The notes: generated by a model from the sequence alone, not told the origin. A stretch of DNA of 64,000 bases from a virus (IMGVR_UViG_3300020148_000032); one strand, 5' to 3'; positions 1 to 9,490 are shown, counted from the first letter of the stretch. Numbers and translations: made by a program.

Positions 1-891
1 GTTGAAGGCTTCAGTAACTGATTGTGCTGGCATTGATTCGGCAACAGTGAATCCTTTATCCGCCCATTCTTCTTTAAAGTCTTGCGTGCTGTAATAAAGA
101 CCATCGCTCTTTCGTACTGAACCTAAGAAAGCAGTATCATCTTCATCATATTGAAGTACGATTCTATTATCCTTGCCCACAAGTTCAAACAAGAATGTCT
201 TGTCAGGGTGATTCTGAATAAGGTTACTAATTGCATCTAATCGTGCTTCATCTTTACGCAACATATTAGTGTAATAAAGAGCTTGATCGGAAGCAAAGCT
301 TGCCTTTGTTGAGAATGCTGGAAGACCGTCTGGTGCAACATAAAGAATACCTAAGCTACCATCCATCTTGTCAGTGACTTCAGCTTTAGCATTAAAGTCA
401 AGAGTTGAAATATCTGCCTCAGCCGAAACAGTGTTCTCTTCATCACCTAACGCCCAACCTGATTCAAGTTGACTAAGAGTGAAGAATTTACGCCATGGAC
501 GTTGTTCAATAATTGCATCATTCATTGAATTATCACTGTAACGAATTATTAAACCTCTTGCTTGTTTAGTGACTTCATTCCAAAGCCCAGCGTATTGAGC
601 ATTCCTTGTATAGCACAAAATGTGAAGGTCTGGATCTTCAGGGTGATTGTTGTCATAAACATATCCCTCTCTTACCATTTTCTTTAACAAGTCTAAATCA
701 AAGGCCTGCTCTAGAGGGTAATCGTTTTTGATGGAGGTTATTGTTCTTCCAGTCATAACTCTTTCGAAATCTTTTTGAGCCAAGTCTTTTGAAGAGTAAT
801 GATCCTCAATTGGTAACCCAAATGGGCATGACTTTCTTGCCTGGCATATCCCAGGTTCTCCGGTTTCAGGATTTAAATGGTATCGAGTCAT
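1..891 (-). CDS. HCCH-tagged T4 Rnl1/RnlA-like RNA ligase (runs off window start; absent from ORF track)
   Basis: Manual translation: MTRYHLNPETGEPGICQARKSCPFGLPIEDHYSSK..., then ARGLII, RPWRKFF, motif I KMDGSLG, motif III TFLFEL, NRIVLQY; open to base 1. Confidence 0.85.
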   Translation of the reverse strand, partial: MTRYHLNPETGEPGICQARKSCPFGLPIEDHYSSKDLAQKDFERVMTGRTITSIKNDYPLEQAFDLDLLKKMVREGYVYDNNHPEDPDLHILCYTRNAQYAGLWNEVTKQARGLIIRYSDNSMNDAIIEQRPWRKFFTLSQLESGWALGDEENTVSAEADISTLDFNAKAEVTDKMDGSLGILYVAPDGLPAFSTKASFASDQALYYTNMLRKDEARLDAISNLIQNHPDKTFLFELVGKDNRIVLQYDEDDTAFLGSVRKSDGLYYSTQDFKEEWADKGFTVAESMPAQSVTEAFN

Positions 892-922
892 GTTTTCCCC
901 TTGATAAAGATTGTGTGTTTTG

Positions 923-972
923 TTTTCTAAAAAAGGCCCAGGTGTTTTGCATCCTGAGCCTCTTTTAGAAAA
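923..972. terminator. Hairpin/terminator whose outer arms are inverted TTTAGAAAA motifs
   Basis: ttttctaaaaaaggcccagg...cctgagcctcttttagaaaa; the 923-931 arm also serves as the motif upstream of the ligase. Confidence 0.5.
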
Positions 973-981
973 TATTAAGTT

Positions 982-1287
982 CTATACTGGCCTGTATGCA
1001 TCATTATTTGAAGCCTCTGGTGTGGTAGGATCTTCAAACATGATATAGGACTGATCATCAATTGACCATCCGTTGTTCAAAAGAGCTACAACATTTTTAT
1101 TCCCGTGGTGACCACAAAAGAGCAACTCTGAAGTTTTTTCATTACTGTCTTTAATGGCTCGTACGAGAGCTCTAGAGGCGCACGCATCACAACGATCTTT
1201 CTCTAGAAGAGCGTCAGTCTTAATGAAGAGCTCTCTGTTAAGAGAGTCATGCTTAAGAAGACTTTTCTCTTTAGCTAGTGTATTCAT
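982..1287 (-). CDS. Small Zn-binding protein of a family typical of Actinomycetota
   Basis: DRCDAC...ELLFCGHHG motif. Confidence 0.6.
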   Translation of the reverse strand: MNTLAKEKSLLKHDSLNRELFIKTDALLEKDRCDACASRALVRAIKDSNEKTSELLFCGHHGNKNVVALLNNGWSIDDQSYIMFEDPTTPEASNNDAYRPV

Positions 1288-1335
1288 TGTTCTCCCAATC
1301 TTTAGAGTAAATGCATAATGTATAATATCAAAATT

Positions 1336-2775
1336 TTAAACAGTAAGTCTGAAATCCTTTAAATCATAAACCATGTCAGGTGAGCCCACTGCTTTATATA
1401 GCAATCGCTGAATAATTTGCGTGTCTCCAGGCTTGATTCCCATCCAGAACCAATTCTTCCTCATCATTTCATAGTCTTCATGAGAAGTTCCGTAGTTAAA
1501 GTATGTTTCACCATCAGTGATAACAAGAACATAAGACTTAGTCTTGTTCTCCCGGTCGTAAGTCTTAACGTACTGAAGAACGTTATCGATGTTAGTTCCA
1601 AAGCGACCAGCGATCCTCTTAAGAGTAGGGTCAAAAGGAACAACAGTATCAGACCACGTAATAGCATGAGGGATAATGTACTTGTCAGGAATGTTCATAG
1701 CAATGCTCGAAAGCTCTTCAATCGCATAACGCGGGATTGAGCCACTTACATCAAGTGCAAGAATAAGGTGAGGCGTAGTATCACCCTTACCAATCGGGTT
1801 CGGATTCTCACGGAAAGTAGGGAGAACAATTTCTGGGTAAGAATTTGCCATCTTCCGGCGAGGAGAATGCCACGACTCAACATACTTGCGCTTTCCAATA
1901 GACTTGATCTTCGGGTTAATCTTAGCAAGTAGATCATCCCACTCAAGAGTCACTGCAGTGTGGTTATTGCTGAAGACTGAACTCTTGTTAGGGTTAATGT
2001 TGATAGACACACCATTCGAACCCTTGACAGAATAATCATCGTTCTGTGCAAGAGCATCAAGGATGTCTTCAATAGCTTCAGTCATATCATCATTGTCAAT
2101 GTTTTCTGCAGCTTTATTGACAAGAACCGAAACAAGGTCCTTAAAATCTTGCAAGTTCTCTGAATCAACTCCAGTGACACCTCCGCAAGACTCAAAAATA
2201 GGCAATTCCTGCTGTTGAGAGCCAGAATCGCTAGAACCGTGACCTTCGGAAGAATCATTAGATTCGGAACCTTCTCCAGAGTCAGAACCTGATTCGGAGT
2301 CGTTAGGCATTTCAAGCTTGTCTTCAGTCTGGTCCTTAAGAGACATGATGTAATCATATGCCTGCTTTGTAGAAAAGACTGAGAAGTCAGCGCCATAAAG
2401 TGAAAGACCTGACATTCCACCTTCGGGAAGGTCAAGACCAGTGTTACCGAAGAGACCATCGTTGATAATGCACTCGTGAGCGTGAGTCAGAACCTGAGAA
2501 TCAGGATAGCTTACTCTGTCAGCAGCTTCCGAAAGGTGGTTAAGAACAATGTGATACGTCTCGTGAGCAAAAACAGCGCCAAGCTCGATATCAGACAACT
2601 TCTCAGCAAAATGAGGATTCACTTCGAAATAAATCTTCTTCTCATTGTGAACATATTTTACCTGAGCAGTAGGGATATTCTCGTTTTCAATAGGCTGACC
2701 GATTGATCGCGTTAAGGCGAAGAATGAAGGGCTGATAAAGGCGATTGCCTCTAGTCCGCGCTTGAAGTCATTCAT
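1336..2775 (-). CDS. DUF2201-type metallopeptidase + VWA-like domain protein (MoxR partner)
   Basis: HETYH (HExxH), acidic Ser/Gly linker, DVSGS MIDAS, GT, VITDG. Confidence 0.85.
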   Translation of the reverse strand: MNDFKRGLEAIAFISPSFFALTRSIGQPIENENIPTAQVKYVHNEKKIYFEVNPHFAEKLSDIELGAVFAHETYHIVLNHLSEAADRVSYPDSQVLTHAHECIINDGLFGNTGLDLPEGGMSGLSLYGADFSVFSTKQAYDYIMSLKDQTEDKLEMPNDSESGSDSGEGSESNDSSEGHGSSDSGSQQQELPIFESCGGVTGVDSENLQDFKDLVSVLVNKAAENIDNDDMTEAIEDILDALAQNDDYSVKGSNGVSININPNKSSVFSNNHTAVTLEWDDLLAKINPKIKSIGKRKYVESWHSPRRKMANSYPEIVLPTFRENPNPIGKGDTTPHLILALDVSGSIPRYAIEELSSIAMNIPDKYIIPHAITWSDTVVPFDPTLKRIAGRFGTNIDNVLQYVKTYDRENKTKSYVLVITDGETYFNYGTSHEDYEMMRKNWFWMGIKPGDTQIIQRLLYKAVGSPDMVYDLKDFRLTV

Positions 2776-2821
2776 GTCTTTTACCCCTTGTTAGAATGTT
2801 TGAATTAATAGTATCACAGGT

Positions 2822-3892
2822 TTACGCGAGAGTAAAACCCTTAAGGCGCATTTCGTAACGAAGTTCACCCTTCTTGTAAGTGGTCCAACCCATCATAAGA
2901 GTGTTGACCTGTACGTCAGTGAAGTTCTGAAGGATTTCACCCCAGTTTTCAGCAATACGTGCAGGGCCAACACCCTTCGAAAGTGCATTAGCAAGAGCAG
3001 TGTTAAGTCGGTTAATCTCATCATTAGTGAGGTTCCCATCCTTGTAGATTGCTCGAAGAGCAAGGATATTCTTGCTGCTCCTAAGAAGCTCGTTGGGCAT
3101 GTTGACGAACTCGTTAACAGTTAGCCTAGACTTGCTATTCTTTGAGTTTGCGCGAACGTCAGCTGGAGTAAATGCTTCAGCGAGAAGGCGAGTCCACTGG
3201 TCGAGAGAAATAATTGCACCAGGGGTAAGAGTATCACGCAGGGTCTCCTTCTTAGGGATTGCCTGGAATGCGGATACCATCATATCCATACGACGCGGAG
3301 AAAGATAAACAGCCTTCTTAGCAACATTGTTCTTTACGGCGTTCTTATAGCTGTTGTTGTACTCTTCCCAGAGAGACTTTACGACTCGAGCCACATCGGT
3401 ACCGTACTTCTTCGAGAAGTAGCCAGCATCAATCGAAGGGGTAGAGTCGAGGAACACATCGAATCGGTCAAGAAGTGCAGGGTCGATATCATCGACAGTG
3501 TAAGAACCATCGTTAGGGTTGATAGCTGCAGCGACTGCCTTAAGGTTAGGGAGAGGCTCACCGTTAATAGTTCCAAACTGGATGATCTCGAAAAGAGTAT
3601 TCCGAGTCCTGTCATCTGCTCGGTTGAACTCGTCCATGATAACAATTTCTGCCTCATCGAGGTCACGAGGGCGGTAGAACTCTACGGTCTTGGTCTCCTT
3701 ATTAGGAACTGGGATACCCACAAGATCAGTGTAAGGGTCAAGGGTGGCGGTGGAGTAATACTTCACCTTGTACCCAAGCTGGTTTGCAGCTTCAGTAAGG
3801 ATAGCAGTCTTACCAGTACCGAGAGGGCCAGAAATGAGAATGTTGAGTCCATTGCTCATGTAGTTCTTCACGTTGTTTACATTGATAGCCAT
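2822..3892 (-). CDS. MoxR-like AAA+ ATPase
   Basis: Walker A GPLGTGKT, Walker B IVIMDEFNRA, AINP, DPALLDRF, SPR; adjacent to VWA gene. Confidence 0.88.
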   Translation of the reverse strand: MAINVNNVKNYMSNGLNILISGPLGTGKTAILTEAANQLGYKVKYYSTATLDPYTDLVGIPVPNKETKTVEFYRPRDLDEAEIVIMDEFNRADDRTRNTLFEIIQFGTINGEPLPNLKAVAAAINPNDGSYTVDDIDPALLDRFDVFLDSTPSIDAGYFSKKYGTDVARVVKSLWEEYNNSYKNAVKNNVAKKAVYLSPRRMDMMVSAFQAIPKKETLRDTLTPGAIISLDQWTRLLAEAFTPADVRANSKNSKSRLTVNEFVNMPNELLRSSKNILALRAIYKDGNLTNDEINRLNTALANALSKGVGPARIAENWGEILQNFTDVQVNTLMMGWTTYKKGELRYEMRLKGFTLA

Positions 3893-3931
3893 TAGAATTC
3901 CTTAACGGTTACTAAATTGTTTGACAGATCT

Positions 3932-3960
3932 ATACTACATGAAAAATTAAAATAAGTCAA
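3932..3960 (-). promoter_or_regulatory. sigma70-type promoter TTGACT-17-TAGTAT
   Basis: Near-consensus boxes, 17-nt spacer, upstream of MoxR ATPase. Confidence 0.7.
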
Positions 3961-4028
3961 CATATGAATAGTGTTCCTCTTTTTATTTTTGTGTTATTAT
4001 ATGAATAATGAGGTGGAAGGATTCTCTT

Positions 4029-4646
4029 ATGGCTTTTATTTCTCTTGAGACTTTATTGAAAGAATATAAACCTGCGTATCCAGAAAATGGAACATGGAAT
4101 GACACGATTAAAGGAATTCTCGATTCTCCCTATGATAATGAGATAGTCACTCTTCTTATGGAAGATTTACAAATGTCAGAATATTTTAGGGAACCAATTG
4201 CTCTCACTCCAGATGAAGATGTTGATGAATATGGATCTTTTGTTTGCAATGGAACGCATCGCGTAGTCGCTCATATCCTTTCCGGCTCGAAAACTGTTTT
4301 TGTTCAATACGGATTTCCAGATATTGACGAGGAGGAATCTATAGAAACCACTGAGATTCTTATTGGATTCAGTAAAAAAGATTTAGAAGAAAGATACTCT
4401 CACGATGATGCTCTTTTTGAATTATTTGACATTATTTTTACCATCTCTCGTTCTTTAAAAATCTCTGACACTCTTTGGATTGAGAGTAATTTTATGAGTG
4501 AGAACTCTGACTCTTTCTATATTTCTTATCCACGATTATCTCCAGAAGTAACTTTCGATGTAATCCGGAAGATTTATGACACTCTTGCGAAGGAAACAGA
4601 CCTTTCGTTCAGTATTTCTTCTAAAAACGAAGTTCTTGATTTTTAA
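4029..4646 (+). CDS. ParB/sulfiredoxin-like N-terminal domain protein
   Basis: FREPI...VCNGTHRVVA resembles the ParB DGxHR motif. Confidence 0.55.
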   Translation: MAFISLETLLKEYKPAYPENGTWNDTIKGILDSPYDNEIVTLLMEDLQMSEYFREPIALTPDEDVDEYGSFVCNGTHRVVAHILSGSKTVFVQYGFPDIDEEESIETTEILIGFSKKDLEERYSHDDALFELFDIIFTISRSLKISDTLWIESNFMSENSDSFYISYPRLSPEVTFDVIRKIYDTLAKETDLSFSISSKNEVLDF

Positions 4647-6013
4647 TCAAAGGAGAAGAAATTATAAGGGAATTTCATCCAACTAAACTTTGATAATGCT
4701 GGGTGACGCATGAATGTAGAGCTTGATGTTTCAGTTTCAACATAAGAGCTATTAGCTTTGACGTTCTTGTAATTCATTTGACCATCAGTGAAACGAGTCC
4801 TTAATTTTAAGAAAGAAACGGACTTTGAGTCTTTGTTATGGATAGGAATAATGAGCCCATCAGTTCTTTTAGAAACAAAGATCGGCTTTAAAGCAATTCT
4901 CTCATCGTTGACAAACTCTTCAATAGTTGGGATTCTACCTTTTGTAATTTCATTTTTAGAATGATTGACATAATACGCTGGAGTATTTCTTAACCCCATA
5001 AGCCTTGCAATGAATTCTCTTTTTTGAATACTATCGGAGGCTTCAAATTTTTCTTTCCAAATTGAATTAACCGCCACTTGACGTTTCTTTGAAAGTTGTA
5101 TGTATTCTGGGTCATTCCCAATTTCTGCCCAATTCTTTGTAATATATTTTGAAAGAGTCTTTTGAGCAAAAGGAGTAGCTTTCCAAGTGTGAATATTTTT
5201 AAGATCAACAAGTGGGATATCGTAAGAAGTTCCAGAGAATTGATAAGTTGCTATAGTGTTAAGATCATTAACTTTTAACTTTCCAGAAGCAATGTCAGAT
5301 TCTATTCTTGAGCGATAATATGCAAGTATTTCATTATCAATCGACTCGACTCTCTCGTCATTATAAAGATTAAAATTTTCAAGGCCTAGAGCTTCACCGA
5401 CTTTTGCGACTGAACCATTGTGTAATATGTTTGATTCCGACTTGATACTTACTGGGTAATCTTTTCCATTAACAGTAATTCCAATGTCACCTACTGTACC
5501 GTCAGTTCCATGCGTACTCTCTTTTGCCATCCACCTAAGATTCTCGATAATTTCTTTATCATTGAGGCCTTCGTGTTTGAAAATTGAATATGACACTTGA
5601 GCAATTTGAACAGCTGATTGTATCTTCTCGTCCTCTTTCTTATCATTAGAGAGTTTTGCTGCAAGAACTAACAATTCTTCATAATTTTTAGTGCTTTTAG
5701 GTAAAGAGGTAATAATATGAATAAGATCGTCTTTAGTCTTCACTTGATTAATGTCTTTACCTCTTGCAAGAGCAATAACAAGAGCCTGTGAACCTGCTTC
5801 AGTAATCTCAGTATTGCGGGCGGTGCTCCCGCCGAATGAATGAGTATTTGAAAGAACGCGCACTTTTTCTTGGGATTCTACGTTTGATTCATACGCATCT
5901 CTGGCTTCTTCTTTAGTTGAATAATGTTCAAATTTATCTCCGAAAGGGCACGCTTTTTTAGCATGACAAACACCTGGGTTGCCAGTTTTTGGATTAATGT
6001 GATATGCAGACAT
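4643..6013 (-). CDS. HCCH-tagged PD-(D/E)xK restriction-endonuclease-like protein
   Basis: Tag YHINPKTGNPGVCHAKKACPFGDKFEHY; GTVGDIGI...VSIK resembles HaeIII-type REase active site. Confidence 0.55.
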   Translation of the reverse strand: MSAYHINPKTGNPGVCHAKKACPFGDKFEHYSTKEEARDAYESNVESQEKVRVLSNTHSFGGSTARNTEITEAGSQALVIALARGKDINQVKTKDDLIHIITSLPKSTKNYEELLVLAAKLSNDKKEDEKIQSAVQIAQVSYSIFKHEGLNDKEIIENLRWMAKESTHGTDGTVGDIGITVNGKDYPVSIKSESNILHNGSVAKVGEALGLENFNLYNDERVESIDNEILAYYRSRIESDIASGKLKVNDLNTIATYQFSGTSYDIPLVDLKNIHTWKATPFAQKTLSKYITKNWAEIGNDPEYIQLSKKRQVAVNSIWKEKFEASDSIQKREFIARLMGLRNTPAYYVNHSKNEITKGRIPTIEEFVNDERIALKPIFVSKRTDGLIIPIHNKDSKSVSFLKLRTRFTDGQMNYKNVKANSSYVETETSSSTFMRHPALSKFSWMKFPYNFFSFD

Positions 6014-6035
6014 GAATACTCCTTAAATCTATATC

Positions 6036-6044
6036 TTTTCTAAA
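6036..6044 (-). promoter_or_regulatory. TTTAGAAAA tagged-gene promoter motif
   Basis: 23 nt upstream of ATG, followed by AAGGAG RBS. Confidence 0.65.
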
Positions 6045-6113
6045 AAGAAGAGGAGTTAGATTTATTAAAAATTTTTTAAAATGATATAATATAGGTTCAT
6101 CAGGAGGTTTATA

Positions 6114-6899
6114 ATGGTGACTTATCTTACTGACATTTCTCATTCTGAGAAGGTTAGCGGAATGAAAGATGGAACTATAGGTTCTTTTCATTCTTGGGAA
6201 TTGGTAACAAGTGTTGACGGTCCTGGGACAAGACTGACTCTTTTTGTTAATGGCTGTCCACTTCGTTGTCTTTATTGCCATAATCCTGACACAATGAAAA
6301 TGAAAGATGGAAATCTTGTATCAGTAGAAGAAATTGGAAAACTTTTAAGAAGATATTCTCCGACTCTTAAGGCCACTAACGGAGGATTAACTCTTTCCGG
6401 TGGGGAAATTCTTATGCAGGCAAAATTTGCATTTAATCTCTTGAAAGAGGCAAAGAAACTTCATCTTCATACAGCTTTAGACACAAGCGGTTTCTTAGGA
6501 TTATATTGTACGCAAGACATGCTTGATCTTACTGATCTTGTCCTTCTAGATATAAAATCAGGTAATGAAGAAACATATAAAAAAGTCACTGGCAGGTCTT
6601 TACAACCAACAATAGATTTCGGAGAACGACTCGTAAAGAATAATAAGAAAATGTGGATCCGATTTGTTCTTGTCCCAGGGCTTACTGATGATGAACAGAA
6701 CATAAGAGATGTAGCAGATCTTATTAAAAATTGGAATACTGTTGAAAGAGTAGAAGTTCTCCCTTTCCATCAAATGGGTAAAGAAAAATGGCATGAACTT
6801 TCCATGCCGTATCTCTTAGAGGAAACTCTACCGCCAACATCAGAGGTGGTAGAGTTTGCCAAAAATATTTTTAAAGAATACGGTTTACCTGTTAAATAA
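6114..6899 (+). CDS. pflA: Pyruvate formate-lyase activating enzyme (radical SAM)
   Basis: HSWELVTSVDGPGTR, GCPLRCLYCHNPDT, SGGE, LDTSG, WIRFVLVPG, LPFHQMG. Confidence 0.92.
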   Translation: MVTYLTDISHSEKVSGMKDGTIGSFHSWELVTSVDGPGTRLTLFVNGCPLRCLYCHNPDTMKMKDGNLVSVEEIGKLLRRYSPTLKATNGGLTLSGGEILMQAKFAFNLLKEAKKLHLHTALDTSGFLGLYCTQDMLDLTDLVLLDIKSGNEETYKKVTGRSLQPTIDFGERLVKNNKKMWIRFVLVPGLTDDEQNIRDVADLIKNWNTVERVEVLPFHQMGKEKWHELSMPYLLEETLPPTSEVVEFAKNIFKEYGLPVK

Positions 6900-6901
6900 T
6901 A

Positions 6902-7738
6902 TTAGTATTTAACATTAAACTTTTCTTCAAGTTCTTTCCAACTTTTCTCAGGAATGTTAACTTCTGCATAATGACCACCCCAAGGGTAATCAGTATTCTT
7001 TAGAACATACTTCATCATTTCATAATAATTCTCTTTGAACGTTTTGCGTGTTTCAAAATCGTTTCTGAGAGTAATAAACTTTGGATCGGCTTTTATTTGT
7101 TCATCAGTTTTACGTTCTTTCTTTAATTTTCGAGTATAATCTCTTAATTCTTCCTCTGCTTTATATGCTTGAGTAAGAGCAATATCTCTAGAGTCTTTAA
7201 ATTCTACATTAACGTAGAAGTTTCTATCAAAATAATCAAATTGTGATTCACTTCTATCATAATTGAAAGAGTTAGCGATAAGTGTCACTTTATCTCTAAT
7301 TACTGAAACTTCTGAGTTAATATTTACAGCAGAGCCACTTAAGTCTTTAGTTTCGTCAGGGTGTGCATTAGATTCAATAATAATACTAATAGCTTGGTGA
7401 CTAGTCTTTCGGACTTTAAAACGGAGACCTTTAGGTAAATAATTCCCTTGTACGGCTTTCTTTAATTCTTCACGAATTGAAGCGGCGATTTGGGTAGTCG
7501 AAAGTTTTTGATCATAATTTGATCCTCGCCAACCATTTCCATATGGAGCTTCAATAGTTTCTCCGTCACCAACAGTATATGTTACTTCATTAAAAGAGTC
7601 AGACTTTGCTTCATATGCTGCTCGTGCTTCTGATTTTGATTCGTAATGCTCTTCAGAAGAGCCAAAAGGGCACCTGCCCTTCTCAGCATGACAGATGCCT
7701 GGATTGCCAGTCTTAGGATTAATGTGATAAGTAGACAT
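6902..7738 (-). CDS. HCCH-tagged LPD29-like (polyvalent-protein-associated) domain protein
   Basis: Start at MSTYH after AAGGAG; GSNYD..LSTTQIAASIREELK...FKVR...YDRSESQFDYFDRNFY. Confidence 0.7.
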   Translation of the reverse strand: MSTYHINPKTGNPGICHAEKGRCPFGSSEEHYESKSEARAAYEAKSDSFNEVTYTVGDGETIEAPYGNGWRGSNYDQKLSTTQIAASIREELKKAVQGNYLPKGLRFKVRKTSHQAISIIIESNAHPDETKDLSGSAVNINSEVSVIRDKVTLIANSFNYDRSESQFDYFDRNFYVNVEFKDSRDIALTQAYKAEEELRDYTRKLKKERKTDEQIKADPKFITLRNDFETRKTFKENYYEMMKYVLKNTDYPWGGHYAEVNIPEKSWKELEEKFNVKY

Positions 7739-7760
7739 GAAAAACTCCTTCAATATAAAG

Positions 7761-7837
7761 TTTTTCTAAATAGTTCTTTACTTATTTTCTTCTAATTCTA
7801 GAATAATTTTATTTCCCACAGAATAAGAACCCTTGAT
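7761..7837 (+). repeat. 77-bp exact direct repeat, copy 1
   Basis: Identical to 9507-9583; contains the TTTAGAAAA motif (7762-7770, minus) and the codons for QGFLFCGK-stop. Confidence 0.95.
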
Positions 7838-7949
7838 ATGCTTCTTCTAAAGTAGAATAGTGTTCTTCAAGAGATCCAAAAGGGCAGCGACCATGAGTTG
7901 CACGACAAAGGTCGGCATTTCCACTTTTTGGATTGATATGATATGTCAT
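7809..7949 (-). CDS. Stand-alone HCCH tag peptide (46 aa) or truncated tagged gene
   Basis: MTYHINPKSGNADLCRATHGRCPFGSLEEHYSTLEEAYQGFLFCGK; motif at 7972-7980. Confidence 0.7.
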   Translation of the reverse strand: MTYHINPKSGNADLCRATHGRCPFGSLEEHYSTLEEAYQGFLFCGK

Positions 7950-8110
7950 AACGGCCACCTTTATCCATAAGTTTTCTAAAAGGCTTTTAAATAAAGTTTG
8001 CTTTTTATTCTCATTCATATTAAAATAAATTCAAAAACAAAGAGATTTAATGCATCATCTACATGCTAAAAATAGGTGCTCGAGCACGCGAAAGTTTAGA
8101 AAGATATTGT

Positions 8111-8497
8111 ATGAAGTATCATATTAATTCTCGTGGTGATGTAAAACCATGTAGCGCGGCTAAAGGTAAATGTCCCTTTGGTGGACAAGAGAATCATTAT
8201 CTTAATAAGGCTTTAGCTCTTAAAGCTGTTGAAGACAAGTATGAAGCTTTTTCAATAGTTCCAGATACTCAATCTTCTGTGATATCATACATTTATACCC
8301 AATATTGCATTGAGAATAAACGTCTTCATAATTCTATCAATATTGGAGACCCTGCAGAGTTATTTTATTATTCATCTGCTCAAGGTAGACTAGAATTAGA
8401 AAGAAGATTATCTTATCGTAAAGATGATAAGAGATATCATTTCCATTTCAGATTTATAAAGAAGATCCAAGTTTTGGAGACATTGTTTTTGAAGTGA
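8111..8497 (+). CDS. HCCH-tagged hypothetical protein (possibly leaderless)
   Basis: MKYHINSRGDVKPCSAAKGKCPFGGQENHY; TTTAGAAAG ends at 8103, 8 nt before the ATG. Confidence 0.75.
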   Translation: MKYHINSRGDVKPCSAAKGKCPFGGQENHYLNKALALKAVEDKYEAFSIVPDTQSSVISYIYTQYCIENKRLHNSINIGDPAELFYYSSAQGRLELERRLSYRKDDKRYHFHFRFIKKIQVLETLFLK

Positions 8498-8688
8498 GAA
8501 TTATGATTCTTGATGATATGTGGAATTATGTTCTCTTTGATGAAGAAATAGGGTTTGATGTAATTCAAAAAATAGAAGATCTTGCTCATCTTGCTACTGT
8601 TAACAAACTTAACAGAAGTTTTGATGATTACTTTTATTCTCATAATCTTGAAAGAGCTTTTATAGAAAAGATCAAGAATTTTATTTAA
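8494..8688 (+). CDS. Hypothetical protein
   Basis: GTGA overlap with upstream stop. Confidence 0.5.
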   Translation: MRIMILDDMWNYVLFDEEIGFDVIQKIEDLAHLATVNKLNRSFDDYFYSHNLERAFIEKIKNFI

Positions 8689-8725
8689 TTCTTTTTAGAA
8701 AAGACTTTATACAGAGGAGTTTTTT

Positions 8726-9490
8726 ATGTCTAAATACCATGTTAATCCAGAAACAGGTAATCCTGGAGTATGTAAAGCAACTACTGGAAATTGTCCATTC
8801 GGTAGTGATGATCTTCATTTTAATACTAAATGGGAAGCCAGAATTTCCTATGAGCAATCACAGAGAGATGAAATTCTCAAAAAAATTTATGTATCAGATG
8901 AAGATAAAGTAAGTCTTTTGACAAGAACTCATTCTGATTATAAGAAAGAGCTCAATGATATGAGGGAAAGTGGAATTCTACCTAAAAATGTAAAGATAAG
9001 ATCTTATATTGTGTCATGGACACACGATGTTTATACTAGAATCAGTGTTCCAAAAGAAAACTTTTCTGATTTTTATGAATTCCCCTCTGTATATAAAATC
9101 TCTCAAAAATATAATGAGATAAACGATTCTCTTAAAGATTTAGATCAAAAGTATCATGAAAAGTTTAGTTCTGTAAGTATTGGAAAGACTTTTGTTTATT
9201 CTTATTTTACAAGCCCTCTAGAAGATATTGAAAATGGAGAATATAGAGAAAGAACAAAGCTTAACAGAGAAATACAAAAACTTAAAGATTCTGGGCTTGA
9301 TGATTTTTCTATTAATAATCTGGACAAAATCAAAGAACTTAAAGCTAGTTATTCAAAGAAAAATTTAACTCTCTTAAAAGTCAAGAAAATGCAAGAATAT
9401 ATGTGGAAAAATAAAGATAAGGTACTCCCTGAAAAGAATTGGGAAGAATTACTTACACGTTTTGATCTTAAAGATGATCTTATGAAGTAA
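8726..9490 (+). CDS. HCCH-tagged protein, paralog of 6902..7738
   Basis: Tag YHVNPETGNPGVCKATTGNCPFG; GILPKNVKIR vs NYLPKGLRFK; LPEKNWEELLTRF vs IPEKSWKELEEKF; motif 8694-8702. Confidence 0.8.
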   Translation: MSKYHVNPETGNPGVCKATTGNCPFGSDDLHFNTKWEARISYEQSQRDEILKKIYVSDEDKVSLLTRTHSDYKKELNDMRESGILPKNVKIRSYIVSWTHDVYTRISVPKENFSDFYEFPSVYKISQKYNEINDSLKDLDQKYHEKFSSVSIGKTFVYSYFTSPLEDIENGEYRERTKLNREIQKLKDSGLDDFSINNLDKIKELKASYSKKNLTLLKVKKMQEYMWKNKDKVLPEKNWEELLTRFDLKDDLMK

